Below, piece by piece: positions 13,544 to 26,400 of a stretch of 64,000 nt of DNA. The position numbers and the translations under genes were made by a program. Within the stretch, counting starts at the first letter, position 1; the number at the start of each line of letters is the position of its first letter. The notes beneath the pieces were generated by a model. The model saw only the letters and a program-made list of their open reading frames with translations, made no database searches and was not told the origin of the DNA. Source of the DNA: Eledone cirrhosa (taxonomy: Eukaryota); NCBI GenBank assembly GCA_964016885.1, contig OZ024742.1:38440001-38504000 (forward strand), in the 5' to 3' direction.

Positions 13544-14150
13544 TCATCATCATCATTTTACGTCCGCTCTTCCCTGCTTGCAAGGGTGGGATGGGTCTTA
13601 TTCAGCACAGCATCTCTCCACTTGTCATGGTCCTTTGTCATCTCCACCGTGAGCTTCAGCGATCTGAGGTCTGTTCTCACCACCTCCACCCATGTTTTTC
13701 GTGGTCTACCTCTACCACGTCTTCCTTCAACTGGCATTTCCTGGCACTTCTTCACCCATCGGTCATCCTCCATGCGCATTACATGTCCATACCACCTCAG
13801 TCTCCTCTCCCGTACACTACATTCTATCCCTCTCAACACATTCATGCTGGGTCGTTCACGCACATTGACACTGCACCTCCAACGGAGCATGCTTGCCTCA
13901 TTTCTCTTCAGCCGTCGCATATCCTCTGCAGTTGCTGCCCATGTCTCACTACCATGCAACATTGCGCTCCTCACACAGGCATCATATAACCGGCCTTTCG
14001 TACGCAGGGAGAAACCCTTCTTCGTCAGCAGCTCCCTAAACTTCTTCCAACCCGTCCTTATTCTAGATACTATGGCCTCGGAACACCCCCTCCCATGCTA
14101 ATCTGATCTCCTAGGTACTGGAAGCTATCCACCACTTCTATAGCACCCGC
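13544..14150 (-). mobile_element. RTE LINE 3' fragment
   Basis: RSAMLHGSETW...RERRLRWYGHVMRM...RGRGRPRKTW; (GAT)n tail. Confidence 0.85.
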
Positions 14151-14183
<33 letters not shown>

Positions 14184-14217
14184 CAGGATTACAAATATAA
14201 ATACAAAATAAACTTTA

Positions 14218-14486
14218 TTAAACTTTATACACATGTTTAATTGAATATATTAAAGCAGCAAATTTATCAATGTTCTTAAAATGGCACCGCCACATATATT
14301 CTGTTAAGAAAGACTGGAATGCAATTTTGTTATTATTTGCATGATTAGGGTGAAGTTTGCTCTTGACCTTTAACCACATCCTGTCAATATTTGGGGTTTG
14401 GATTATATACTCATGAGTGTATATACCCTGTTGAATCTGGTCAATCTGAAGATATTCAGCCCATAAATCAGACACAATATGGGTAC
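14218..14486 (-). CDS. Exon 2 of the Merlin/IS1595 transposase-derived gene
   Basis: Acceptor ttttttcattttAG (14487), then (G)GT ACC CAT ATT GTG TCT GAT = GTHIVSDLW...NIDRMW...FLTEYMWR, the C-terminal half of an IS1595 DDE domain. The stop overlaps AATAAA. Confidence 0.8.
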
Positions 14487-14519
14487 CTAAAATGAAAAAA
14501 TGTTATATTATTTAACCAT

Positions 14520-14595
14520 GTTAACTTTGCCTTTCATCCTTATGGGGTCGATAAAATAAAGTACCAGTAATACACTGGTAATTTGCTGGCCTTGT
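14520..14595 (+). mobile_element. SINE family A 3' fragment with TSD
   Basis: Duplicated attatttaaccatgtt on both sides. Confidence 0.75.
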
Positions 14596-14907
14596 GCCAA
14601 AAGTAGAAACAATTATTTAACCATGTTTATTTGTAGGACAAAAGAAATAGCCAATTGTCATATTCTGTCCTTTCTTATCACACGAGTAGCAGTAGTAAAG
14701 CTCAAGTGAAGATGCATGAGTTAGTGGTTAGGGTGTTTAGCTCATCATCATAAGTTTGTTGGTTTAATTTTCAATGGTGCATTGCATCCTTTATTTCATG
14801 TTTACTCCAGTTTACTCAGCTGGAAAATAAGTTGTACCTGTGATTGAAAGGGCCTGCCTTATCACATACTGTGCCATGCTGAATCTTCCTGAGAATTATG
14901 TTAAGGT

Positions 14908-17900
14908 TGTAGTGACCTACATTCCGCGGGCTCACATACATTCTCTGTGTGTGATTTGGCTCAGTTCAGCCAATAAGCGCCAGTAGAAGAGGATGTATCC
15001 CTACGCGCCCTGAGGGAGAAATTACCCGAAAAGATTTGAAGAATCTCTCTCTCGCACCAGGAACTTCGAACCAGCAACACGTACAACATGTGACGGTGAG
15101 ATTTTGCACCTTAGCCTGCCGGCTTTCCGGCGCAATGGCACATTCCCTTTTGTAACCTCTTTTTATGTGTAACTTCAACCATATAAGTTAACAAACATTG
15201 TTTGTGCTACATCAAAAATAAACATACATTTCATCTCTAATTTCTGCTGTCGAAATCATTATTATGTTACTCATGTCTCAATGACATATATAATCCATGC
15301 TGCTGGAATTGGCGACCTGACGAAAGGAATATTGTAAATACAAAGATGGTAAATAGACGAGGGACCTTCCCTCATGTCTATGTCGACAAGACAATCCAAC
15401 GAGGATACCATCATTTTACCACACTGGCGACCACGACTATCATTATGCTACACTGGTGACCGACGTAAGAATTTAATGCAGCCTTTTTTATACAGTTGAA
15501 CTATAATTGCCGCGTTGCCTTTTCGTAACTTGCGGAAATACAATATATTCCTTTCAAAATTTTTTGAAAAATTGCCAGTATTTCAAAAACTTTTCACCAC
15601 GAGGAAATTTCAAAATGGCTACCGACAAGTCCTGTCTACAATCAACGGCAGCAGCGACAACCTTGTGTAACTATTAACCAACACCCGGGAACGGCTTGTA
15701 ACTTTACCGACGCAACCACCATACCTTCTGTCTCGTTACCACAGGGACTCGAGAAATTGAGACAGTAGTTTTCTCACCATTATGGCGTCAGACGTGGCTG
15801 CCATGTTGGTGACTTCTACTCTACAGAAGATTCATTGACTTTGCTTTAACAACAAGCAACACAACCTTTTGTCACACAAGGTGGCAGGACGGTAGAATGG
15901 CCACGAAAACTCTCAAAAACAATATACATCTAACCCCTAGTGGCATTAACAAACTTCTTTTTCAGTTTTCAGATAGAACTAGTGTCAGAAAGTCTGTACA
16001 CTGGTGATGTGTGAACTATTTGACTTTGAAAAACTTTGAACTTATCATTGATCATTAATTTCTCTGCTCCCTTATATTCACTTTGAATTATCAGTTTGTT
16101 ACATTCACATATTTCTTTGTAGAATGCATTTACTTGTTTTGTGCTCTTTTGCTATTTGCTTGCTCATGGTTTTTGTTCATTCACATTGATTTTATCCTCA
16201 TCAGAGGACGTGACAGATGGACGGTCGTAAACACAAAAGCCTTCTCTAGTGAGGAATGTACATCCCAACATAGCTTAGTTGTCAGCGACCTCACGGTCAG
16301 AACTAGACGAACCCGGAAACAGAGGCCAACCTGGAGAAGAAAGATCTGGAAGCTGAAAGTCCCCTCAACCAGTAACAGATTTAAAGATATTTTACTCAAC
16401 GCCTACGACAGTAAAGAAGAACAGATAGAGACATTTAATGTTGAAGAGAACTGGGAGTTCCTAAAAAATAATTTACTAGAAGCGACGGATGAGGTCTGTG
16501 GCTGGAGTAAGACCTCAAGCAGGAGGAGAGTGACTTGGTGGTGGAACAATAAGGTAGATGAAGCAGTCAAGGCCAAGAGACAGGCATGGAAAGAATGGAA
16601 GAACGGGGGGAGCAGGGTACATTACATAGAGACCAAGAGGGAAGCTAGGCGACAAGTATACTTAGCTAGGAGGGAAGTAGAGGATAGAAAATTCAAGCAT
16701 GTTTTGCAACGTGAGGACCAGAAACAGGAGGTATTCAAGATTGCAAGGCAGTGTGTCAGAGATAGTTGTGATGTCATTGGAGAGAAGTGTATCCGGAATG
16801 ATAAAGGTGAGCTTGCCCTCACAAGTGCTGAGAAGAAAGATGCATGGAAGAGTCATTATGATAGATTACTAAATGAGGAGAATGCATGGGAAGAAGAGAC
16901 CCTACCCCAAGTAGACCCTATAGAGGGACCAGCAGTACAAGTCAGCGGCAGCGTAGTAAGTAAGGCAATCAAAGATATGAAGATGGGGAAGGCAACCAGT
17001 CCATCGGGTATAGCTGCCGAGATGCTGAAGGCATCTGGGTCTGTAGGTCACACTAAAACCACACGTATCGTTAATCAGGTAATACTAGAAGGGGCCATAC
17101 CAAAAGATTGGTGCAGTAGCATCATTGTCAACTGCTACAAAGGTAAAGGCGATGCACTAGATAGAGGAAACTATAGAGGTATAAAGTTGATGGACCAGGT
17201 CATGAAAGTAACAGAAAGAGTTATAGCACAGCTGATTAGGGACCGGGTGAAAATAGACGAGATGCAATTTGGGTTTGTACCAGGAAGAGGCACCACTGAT
17301 GCCCTCTTCCTTGTGAGGCAATTACAGGAAAAGTACCTAGCTAAAAGTAAGCCACTCTACTTGGCATTTGTTGACCTTGAGAAAGCCTTTGACAGTTCCA
17401 CGTGCTGTAATCTGGTGGGCTCTTAGAAAACTAGTAGATGAATGGCTTGTGAAAGCGGTACAAGCCATGTATAGGGGAGCAGTCAGCAAAGTTAGGATTG
17501 GCAATGAGTATAGCGAGGAATTTAGCGTACAGGTTGGGGTCCACCAGGGCTCTGTTCTTAGCCCTCTCCTGTTCATCATAGTCCTGCAGGCAATAACGGA
17601 GGAGTTTAAGACCGGATGCCCATGGGAACTCCTGTATGCTGATGACCTCGCACTCATAGCTGAATCTATGGTAGAACTAGAGAATAAATTCCAAACCTGG
17701 AAGCAGGGACTAGAGAGAAAGGGCCTCAAAGTCAACATGACAAAGACTAAGGTCCTTATAAGTAGACGAGAAAACAGAACCCAGATCCCCTCAGGGAAAT
17801 GGCCTTGCTCAGTATGTAGGAAAGGTGTAGGTAGGAACTCCATTCTCTGCCCCAAATGCAAACAATGGGTACACAAGAGATGTAGCGGGATCTCAGGAAG

Positions 17901-20261
17901 CTTAATTAAGAATGTAGGATTCACATGCAGCAGCTGTGCTGAGACAGCAAACAGCAAACAGCCACAAGAAACAAGTACCACCAATCTCTGGGAGGGCCCT
18001 GTAGAAACAGTAGACAGCTTCTGCTACCTAGGTGACTGAATTAGCAACGGAGGTGGGTGTTCAGAAAGTGCAATAACTAGGGTAAGAACAGGATGGAAGA
18101 AGTTTAGGGAACTACTACCACTGCTAGCTGCAAAAGGCTTCTTCCTCAGAATGAAAGGCAGACTGTATGATGCGTGTATCCGAACAGCGATGTTGCATGG
18201 TAGCGAGACCTGGGCGCTGAAGGTGGAAGACTTACGTAGATTAGAGAGAAACGAAGCCTGCATGCTCTGATGGATGTGTAACAATAATATACGTGAACGA
18301 CAAAGCATAAATGAATTGAGAGAGAGACTGAGAATAAGAGGAATCAAATGCTGTGTGCAGGAGAGGCGGTTGCGCTGGTATGGACATGTGATGCGTATGA
18401 AGGATGACAGCTGCATAAAAAGGTGCAGAGCACTAGAAGTTGATGGAAACCGCGGAGTAGGGTGACCCAAGATGACCTGGGATGAGGTGATAAAAGCCGA
18501 CCTTACCCAATTACACCTCTCAAAGACAATGACACACGACCGTGACTTCTGGCGTCACGCAGTAATACAGTGTACCCGACCTCCCATGGGTACAAGCTGA
18601 AGCATATAGACAATATGCCTCACACACCCCACCGCAAGGTGGTCGTGGAGGTGCCACGGCAAAAAAGCACCCAGCCCACACTGTAAAGTGGACGTGTAGG
18701 CGCCACGAAAAAGCACCCAGCACTCACTGTAAATGAGGTTGGTGTTAGGAAGGGCATCCAGCTGTAGAAATCAAGCCAAATCAGTTCCTGTATGAGCAAG
18801 GCATGGTCAGCCGACCAGACACTGCCCACAACAGGGCAACCCGTCTAACCCATGCTAGCGTGGAAGAACGGACGTAAAACGGTGATGATGATGATGATGA
18901 TGATGATGATGACATTCTTTGCTGTTTTACATGCCTGCATATGCACACATTTCTTTGTCACACACCAACATGTTGTTCTTAGTATATGTTCTTCAAACGT
19001 AATATTCTGCGAGATCCCTTTTCACCTGGTTGAGATGCTGTCACATGCTAGCAGCTCATAGAGCTTAATTCACCTGGATTCAAACAGGCACTGCAACACG
19101 AGAATGCTAATTGCAGCTGAACTCAAACAGTTTCGCATCTCGTTGCACACTCATCGTCCATGACGGCCTTCGTCTTGTTGTTTTGCCCGACTCGCTGGGA
19201 AAGCAACAAATAGAACTGGACTTGTCAGCATTTCCACCACTTCTGTGCATTCGCCCGAATTATGGAATTTACACTGCAACCCACCTACAGATTAAACTTG
19301 CTTTTTTTCTTTTCAAAGCAACCAGCCATTTTTTTCCTGGCTCCCTAGCACATTCGGCAATACATCTGGGAGGCCAACATTTTCTCGCCTACCCATCATC
19401 TTCTTGCCAGCACTGGTAAACTACCATAATAGCTTCGTCCACAGCTACTGGTACAACACTTACCATTAACATTTAATGCAAGATCAGCAACTTCGCCCAT
19501 GTCAGACTTTATCCGTTTTTGTTAGACCTTTGGTGGTCACGTATAAACTACAAAACGGCTAGTCATTTGACACAGCGGCTCAACACGGCCCTTAGCGCCT
19601 CATTTTTTTTCTTGCATGCAGCCTTCTGCTCAATTATTTTTTTAAACTGATGTGCTCTTTCAGCATTTGTTCTTGCTGATTCAATAATCTGTATCGACTT
19701 TCGTCTAGGAGGGGGGTATTGTAGTGACCTACATTCCGCGGGCTCACATACATTCTCTGTGTGTGATTTGGCTCAGTTCAACCAATCAGCGCCAGTAGAA
19801 GAGGATGTATCCCTACGCGCCCTGAGGGAGAAATTACCCGAAAAGATTTGAAGAATCTCTCTCTCGCACCAGGAACTTCGAACCAGCAACATGTACAACA
19901 TGTGACGGTGAGATTTTGCACCTTAGCCTGCCGGCTTTCCGGCGCAATAGCACATTCCCTTTTGTAACCTCTTTTTATGTGTAACTTTAACCATATAAGT
20001 TAACAAACATTGTTTGTGCTACATCAAAAATAAACATACATTTCATCTCTAATTTCTGCTGTTGAAATCATTATGTTACTCGTGTCTCAATGACATATAT
20101 AATCCATGCTGCTGGAATTGGCGACCTGACGAAAGGAATATTGTAAATACAAAGATGGTAAATAGACGAGGGACCTTCCCTCACGTCTATGTCGACAAGA
20201 CAATCCAACGAGGATACCATCATTTTACCACACTGGCGACCACGACTATCATTCTGCTACA
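14908..20261 (+). mobile_element. Non-autonomous LTR element with a nested RTE
   Basis: LTRs 14908-15452 and 19720-20261 (TGTAGT...GCTACA), TSD AGGT, PBS tggtgaccgacgt at 15454, PPT aggagggggg at 19707. No LTR-type ORFs. Confidence 0.9.
16185..18912 (+). mobile_element. 5'-truncated RTE LINE (end of APE, RT, PHD finger), inactivated
   Basis: IDFILIR/QHSLVV endonuclease end; QFGF, DLEKAFD, QGSVLSP, YADD; frameshift near 17390 and stops; (GAT)n tail. Confidence 0.9.
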
Positions 20262-21234
20262 AGGTTACACGTCTTGCACCCAGCCATTTGCACATTAATT
20301 TCATAAACAGGCTGTTATATTGTTCTAACAACTGGAACACTTGTTGGAACTGATAGCTCATAGCATTTTGTGTTTATAAGGGTACCACTGAAAACATTGT
20401 GATGTAGTATATCTAGGGTAAGTTAGAATGTAGTCTACATACTATTCTCACAGGAGTTGATATCAGTACTGTAAGCTAGGGAAACATTTGGAAATTTTAG
20501 TGCTCAGTTGTACCTAGCTGATTATCATCATTTGATGTCTATTTTTCATTCTATTATAGGTTGGACAAGTTGTCACAGACAAAGTCACCACTCAGTCAGA
20601 TAGGCAGAGGCCATGACTTGCTTACATATATTCCTACATTTTGCAGAGTGTATTGGGTATATTTTTATCATGGCACTAATACTAGGGAGATTGTTGTGTC
20701 CTTGACACAACTGAAGAATCCTCAAATTTGTATATTTGTTGACTGTTCAGTTGGTTGTCCAGGACCTGACCAACCTAACCATCTGTGAAGCTCTATAAGA
20801 ATAAACACCTATAATGGAAAGAAAATATTAATTAACTGTTTTGATACCAAATGGCTTCAAGCTTCCCCTAGTTCTATGAAACGAAATGTGATGATCATTA
20901 GATTGGACCATATAATGTTTCCATTGTTGATACTATCTGCTAGTCACAATATCTGGCAGAAGGAGGCAGGATTTGAACTCAAAATGTTCAGAGCTGGATC
21001 AGATACTGCAAAGCATCTTGTCCAAGTCTTTAACAATTCTACCAATCTACCACCTCTGCACTGGTATTTTATTTATCAACCCTGACATATTGAAAGGTAA
21101 AGTTAACCTCGGTGGGATTTAAACATGGAGCACAAAGAACTGAAGCAAATACCGACACTTTAACAACTCTGCCAATTTACCAACTGTTCTATGATACTAA
21201 GCTGTTTATTTTAAAGTGTTTATATTTATCATAA

Positions 21235-21266
<32 letters not shown>

Positions 21267-21845
21267 GCAGAGGACCTACTCACCTCAAGTTTTAGTTCTT
21301 ATATTGTTATTTCGTAACCCATACATAAATTATACGTATTTAGAACTGATTGTTAAAGTACTTAATGAGCAGTTTGAAATGGGGCATCTGACTTGGGACC
21401 TCTTTCCAGCTTTAAATGAGCCTCCATTGCACATCTGGCCTGAGACCTCTAGCTTTGCATGGGTCTGCATACATTAAAATATTGAGAGCATTATTTAAGT
21501 TTCTGTTGCATCCAGACGATTATTTTCGCTTGTTTGTTCTGTAGTAATTTAATCCATTCTATTAGTTATACAACTCGGTTTGCTTCAAGTCAGACAAGCT
21601 GGTTCGAAAATATTTAATTGAGCCCCAAGCTTCAAATTTAAACACTTAAATGAAAAATAAAATATTCTATACGAGTATATCCTAGAGATGAGTAAAACTA
21701 ACAAGACAGCCTCTACGTAGTCGTTCAGCCTGCTAGAAATAGCAGTTAAATTACACTATAGTGCGTACGATGTGTACATTGGATAACGTGGTCGTTGTTC
21801 TATTATCTAGGGGAATTATGGGGTGATCATATGGTAAATGTTAAA

Positions 21846-22010
21846 GGTGGCGATTCGGCAGAGTCGTTAGAACGCCAGAGAGAATGTTTTGCGGTATTCG
21901 TTCCAACTCTCTGCTCTCCGAGTTCAAATCCCGTCGAGGTCAACTTAATCTTTCATCCATTCGAGGTTGACAAAAAAAAAAAAGTACCAGTCTAGTACTG
22001 GGTCGATTCT
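21846..22010 (+). mobile_element. SINE family A, diverged
   Basis: ggtggcgattcggcagag...gagttcaaatcccgtcgaggtcaac...aagtaccag. Confidence 0.6.
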
Positions 22011-22387
22011 TCCTCTATATCTCTTTCTCAATTCCATTCTCTCTATCCTTTTCTGGAAGAAATCTGCTGTATTCAGACCAGATAAGGATTGGGCTCCGCC
22101 AGGTTTTTAAAAATGCCCTAGAAACGTATGTGAATACGGTGCCCCTACGACTCCCCCAGGAGTTATGGGACCATGCATGCATGGTCTAGACTCTAGAGAC
22201 ATTGTTTGACAAACAAAAACGGGACAGTCACAGTTGGAACGCCATAGAGCTCCTCTGTCAAAGCTAAATTTGGTTAACTATAAACAACGTGAGTAAAGTA
22301 ATAATATTTTCTTTGAAAATCCTGAATTAACAGGATTTAAAAACACGCGAACTTCAGAAAAATGAGTTGTTTTTTTTAAAACCGTAC

Positions 22388-23027
22388 CTGGTAAAATCCA
22401 ACGAACAAGTGCAGATTCGAAAACGTCTTTATTTTGCTGTTCGATTGGCACCAGGAAACATTTCCCACTTCCACGTTCAATTCCACCCAAAACACAGTAT
22501 CCTTTCATATTCTTTTTTTTATTAGGCTTAGATTTAAAAAATGTGGTTACATCTATTTCGACGACTTTGGGTTCATCGGTTTGTGGATCGAACCCTCCTA
22601 TCTCGGGTGGGTTGTCACCTAATTCAGTTGGGTGGTTTTCTAAGAACTGTTCTAGTAGTTCTCGGATGAGGTAGCACAAATCAATAATTGTAGGTACACT
22701 GACCTTTGTTTCATGAGCTATTTCAGTTTGTATATGCTCTCTGGACCACATATACATAAGCCATATGAATGTTGCCATTGAGAGATGACTATTCTCAAAG
22801 AACGATTTCTTGCGGATTGACTGAGTCCAGTTGTGTTTACTGCATTTCCACAACTTTTTCTCTTTACAGCGATTCAATGTACACGGATTGTGACAAATGG
22901 GGCACAAAACAGAATTGCTTATAAGCCTGTGTTTTGCCAACCAGGTCATTGCTGTTTCATTTGTGTTCATCTGTGAAATGAGATCAGAAAATGTCCAAGA
23001 TTCTTGTTTAATTTCGTCGTCAGCCAT
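22388..23027 (-). CDS. Exon 1 of the Merlin/IS1595 transposase-derived gene (alternative start at 23081)
   Basis: Zn ribbon CPIC...WKC, SIRKKSFFENSHL, VVEID, VLGGIER, WILPG; CAG|GTACGG donor at 22387 (phase 1); gtcATGG context at 23027. Confidence 0.85.
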
Positions 23028-23551
23028 GACAGCACTACATATTGTTGTTGGGTTGGCAGGTCTTCCACCGCGGCGAAACATACTTGTTGCAGCACGAATA
23101 CATCAATAGAACGTGTGCGTGTCTTTTCAGTGATAGTTTCGTATCGCTTAATAATTCATTAGGATTTTGTATGAATTTATTTCATTACATTTCATTTTCG
23201 ACAAAAATCCAGTAAGCCATCTATATTCTTTAAGTGAAAGTAAAAATTAGCCGAACCGGTGTACCGGATGTTTTGATTGATTGTAATTAAAGAAGTGAAT
23301 GAAAAAAATTGTGGTAAAACTCAGTAAGTAAAAATATATATTTCGTTTCTGAATTTGTTTAGCAAGATTCTTTATCTGAAATCGTGTGTTAAAATCGATA
23401 TTGTTATACTTTGGGAGGGTCATGTTGCCAATAAGAAACACACGCATCAGTTGCTTTCACTTCAATTTATTATAATAAATTTATAAATTTAGGAATTTAT
23501 AAATTTCTGGTTGGTTGGTTGGTTCCACAACCAGATAGTTGTTTATATATT

Positions 23552-23594
23552 GTCAAAGTTCTTTCGTCACACATTCTGTGACCTCTTCAGTGAC
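23552..23594 (-). ncRNA. Minimal hammerhead ribozyme (inverted copy)
   Basis: Reverse complement of 26358-26400. Confidence 0.65.
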
Positions 23595-24030
23595 TGGGGA
23601 TTCTTTTCTGTTTTTTTTTTGTTTTTTTTTTTGTGCTCTCCTTTGTTCTGTCCTACGCCCTTTTGTTTCTGTGTGTGTGTTGTGTGCTCAGTCTGCGCAT
23701 GCGCCACATCCGGGTGTCTGTGTGTGTTTATATTTGTTTATTTACATGTTACCGGTTGGTTGTTTGTTCTATGTGTGTGTGTGTTTTCATTTTGTCCTTA
23801 ATTGTAAGTTGTGATGTTGCTGTTCCACTCATATTTTCTATTTAATTTTGGTTGTAATTCTTTTATGTTTATTATTGCCTCTGTGATTTGTCTAAACATT
23901 GCGTCTTTTCTGTGTGTAGATTCTATTTTTATTTCTATGTTCTCTAATTTACCCTTATGTTCTATTTTAGCATGTTGGTAGAGTACAGATGATTCTTTAC
24001 TATCTTGAAGGTCTCGCCAGTGTTCATTTA

Positions 24031-26106
24031 GCATGCTTTCCAACAGACAAGTCTGGCAGAATGTCGGTTGACAGCCTGCCAAACTACATCCAGGCAATGC
24101 AACCCCACATCACTAACACAAGAGAGGTAACACCACAGGAGCATGAGGATAGAGAAAAAGCCCTCAATGCTCATATGGTGATGTGGACGAATATAATGCA
24201 GCCCAACAAAAGGACTGCCAACAACTTCCAGGCCTGGAACAATGACGTGCCGGCGTTGTATGGGCTTCGAAAAGACCATAAAACGGGCAGTGACCCTGTC
24301 ACGGGACCACCAACACGGCCAGTCTGTGGGGCTAACATTGCTAGTAACTACAGACTGTCCTACCTCCTCTCCCTGATCATACGCCCCATCATTGAAATGT
24401 CCCCAGATGTATGTGACAGCACGGAGGACCTCCTCAGCAGAATCGGCGAGAGTAACCGATCTAGGGACCTAACAAACTGCATAATAGGTAGTATGGATGT
24501 TGTGTCCCTGTATCCATCTATTGACGTGGATTTTGCTGTGGAGAAATGCGTAGAAATGATCAGTGAGAGCAATGTTGAATTCCGTGGGATTGATACCAGT
24601 GAGCTGGGACTCCTACTTAAACTTACCTATAGTAATAATTACCTAGACACATATGACCTTAGCAACCTGTGCCCTACAAGACCAGCAAGAGGCAGACCAC
24701 CTACCATTACCACAATAGCCAAGAAAACCCACACAGATAGATGGAACGGGTGGACCAGAGCCATACAGACCCCCGAAAACCACGATGAACTAAAGAAAAT
24801 GATTGCATATGCGGTGGGGGCCAGCATAAAACTAACCCTTAAGGAACATATGTTCAAATTTAATGGAAAAACATATGCCCAAGAGGAAGGAGCAGCCATT
24901 GGTGTTAGCATTGCAGGCGACATAGCTAACTTATTCATGGTATGGTGGGACAGTAGACTTAAACTTAAACTTAAAGAACAATTAGAAGACCCCTTAACCC
25001 TGATAATGTACTCCCGCTACGTTGACGATATAAACATCGTAGTTAAGACACCCCCACTAGAGAACAGTCAGGAACTAGAGAAAAACACAATGGAAAGCAT
25101 CCAGCAAATAGCTAACTCCATCCACCAGAGTATTAGAGTTACTATAGACTACCCAAGTAGACACCCCAACCATCGATTACCTGTACTAGACACAGAGCTC
25201 TGGTTAGATACCATTAATAACAAAAAACAAATCCTGCATTCCCATTATGCCAAACCCATGACTTCCAAACATCTGATCCACCGAAACTCGGCTGTTTCGG
25301 ACCATACCAAAATCAACATACTGATTGCGGATTTGGTACGGGTGATGAGAAACGTGTCCCGCATGTGCAACCCCGAAGAACTAGAGAGACACATACAACA
25401 CTTCATCCACCGTATGCAGTTCTCTGGTTACAATCAGAGAGATAGAATCAGAGTGTATAGAGGAGCCAGAACCAAATGGGAAAAAATGGTAAATAATGAC
25501 ACAAATGGGACCTGCCCCTTGTATAGGAGCAAATTTTGGAATAGAATAGAAAGAACTAGGAATAAGGCTAACAGAATAAACTCATGGTATGATAGCAATA
25601 AATACCAGAGTGTAATGTTCATCGATACAACCCCTAGAGGTGAATTAGCTTACAAATTTAGAAGGGCCCTAGATAAACATAAACTCAATATTAAGATAGT
25701 AGAAAGACCAGGTACCTCCGTAAAAACACTTATTAGCAAGACATACCCTTTCCAAAGACCCCCCTGTATAGATAAGAAATGTATAACCTGTAAAATAAGC
25801 CCCCATATTAACTGTAAAACTAGAAATGTAGTGTATAGCATAAGATGTACTGAAGGACAATGTAGAGACAAAAATATAGTGTACATAGGTGAGACAGCTC
25901 GTAGTGTAGGGGAACGGATAAATGAACACTGGCGAGACCTTCAAGATAGTAAAGAATCATCTGTACTCTACCAACATGCTAAAATAGAACATAAGGGTAA
26001 ATTAGAGAACATAGAAATAAAAATAGAATCTACACACAGAAAAGACGCAATGTTTAGACAAATCACAGAGGCAATAATAAACATAAAAGAATTACAACCA
26101 AATTAA
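24031..26106 (+). CDS. PLE reverse transcriptase + Cys-rich linker + GIY-YIG endonuclease (partial)
   Basis: SMDVVSLYPSID, YSRYVDDI, LPVLD, CxxxxCxxC, VVYSIRC...YIGET...RINEH. Confidence 0.9.
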   Translation, partial: ACFPTDKSGRMSVDSLPNYIQAMQPHITNTREVTPQEHEDREKALNAHMVMWTNIMQPNKRTANNFQAWNNDVPALYGLRKDHKTGSDPVTGPPTRPVCGANIASNYRLSYLLSLIIRPIIEMSPDVCDSTEDLLSRIGESNRSRDLTNCIIGSMDVVSLYPSIDVDFAVEKCVEMISESNVEFRGIDTSELGLLLKLTYSNNYLDTYDLSNLCPTRPARGRPPTITTIAKKTHTDRWNGWTRAIQTPENHDELKKMIAYAVGASIKLTLKEHMFKFNGKTYAQEEGAAIGVSIAGDIANLFMVWWDSRLKLKLKEQLEDPLTLIMYSRYVDDINIVVKTPPLENSQELEKNTMESIQQIANSIHQSIRVTIDYPSRHPNHRLPVLDTELWLDTINNKKQILHSHYAKPMTSKHLIHRNSAVSDHTKINILIADLVRVMRNVSRMCNPEELERHIQHFIHRMQFSGYNQRDRIRVYRGARTKWEKMVNNDTNGTCPLYRSKFWNRIERTRNKANRINSWYDSNKYQSVMFIDTTPRGELAYKFRRALDKHKLNIKIVERPGTSVKTLISKTYPFQRPPCIDKKCITCKISPHINCKTRNVVYSIRCTEGQCRDKNIVYIGETARSVGERINEHWRDLQDSKESSVLYQHAKIEHKGKLENIEIKIESTHRKDAMFRQITEAIINIKELQPN

Positions 26107-26357
26107 ATAGAAAATATGAGTGGAACAGCAACATCACAACTTACAATTAAGGACAAAATGAAAACACACACACACATAGAACAAACAACCAACCGGTAAC
26201 ATGTAAATAAACAAATATAAACACACACAGACACCCGGATGTGGCGCATGCGCAGACTGAGCACACAACACACTCACAGAAACAAAATGGCGTAGGACAG
26301 AACAAAGGAGAGGCACAAAAAAAAACAAAAAAAAAAAAACAAAGAAAAGAATCCCCA

Positions 26358-26400
26358 GTCACTGAAGAGGCCACAGAATGTGTGACGAAAGAACTTTGAC
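26358..26400 (+). ncRNA. Minimal hammerhead ribozyme of the PLE
   Basis: gtca CTGAAGA g-ccac..gtgac GAAA gaac TT tgac. Confidence 0.65.

Noticed and set aside
22278-22387. C-terminal extension of the transposase ORF in the ORF track
   Set aside because: Read-through into the intron; similarity stops at the donor and resumes in exon 2.
23798-24097. Minus-strand ORF with a GIY-YIG tail
   Set aside because: Product of the PLE's inverted terminal duplication.
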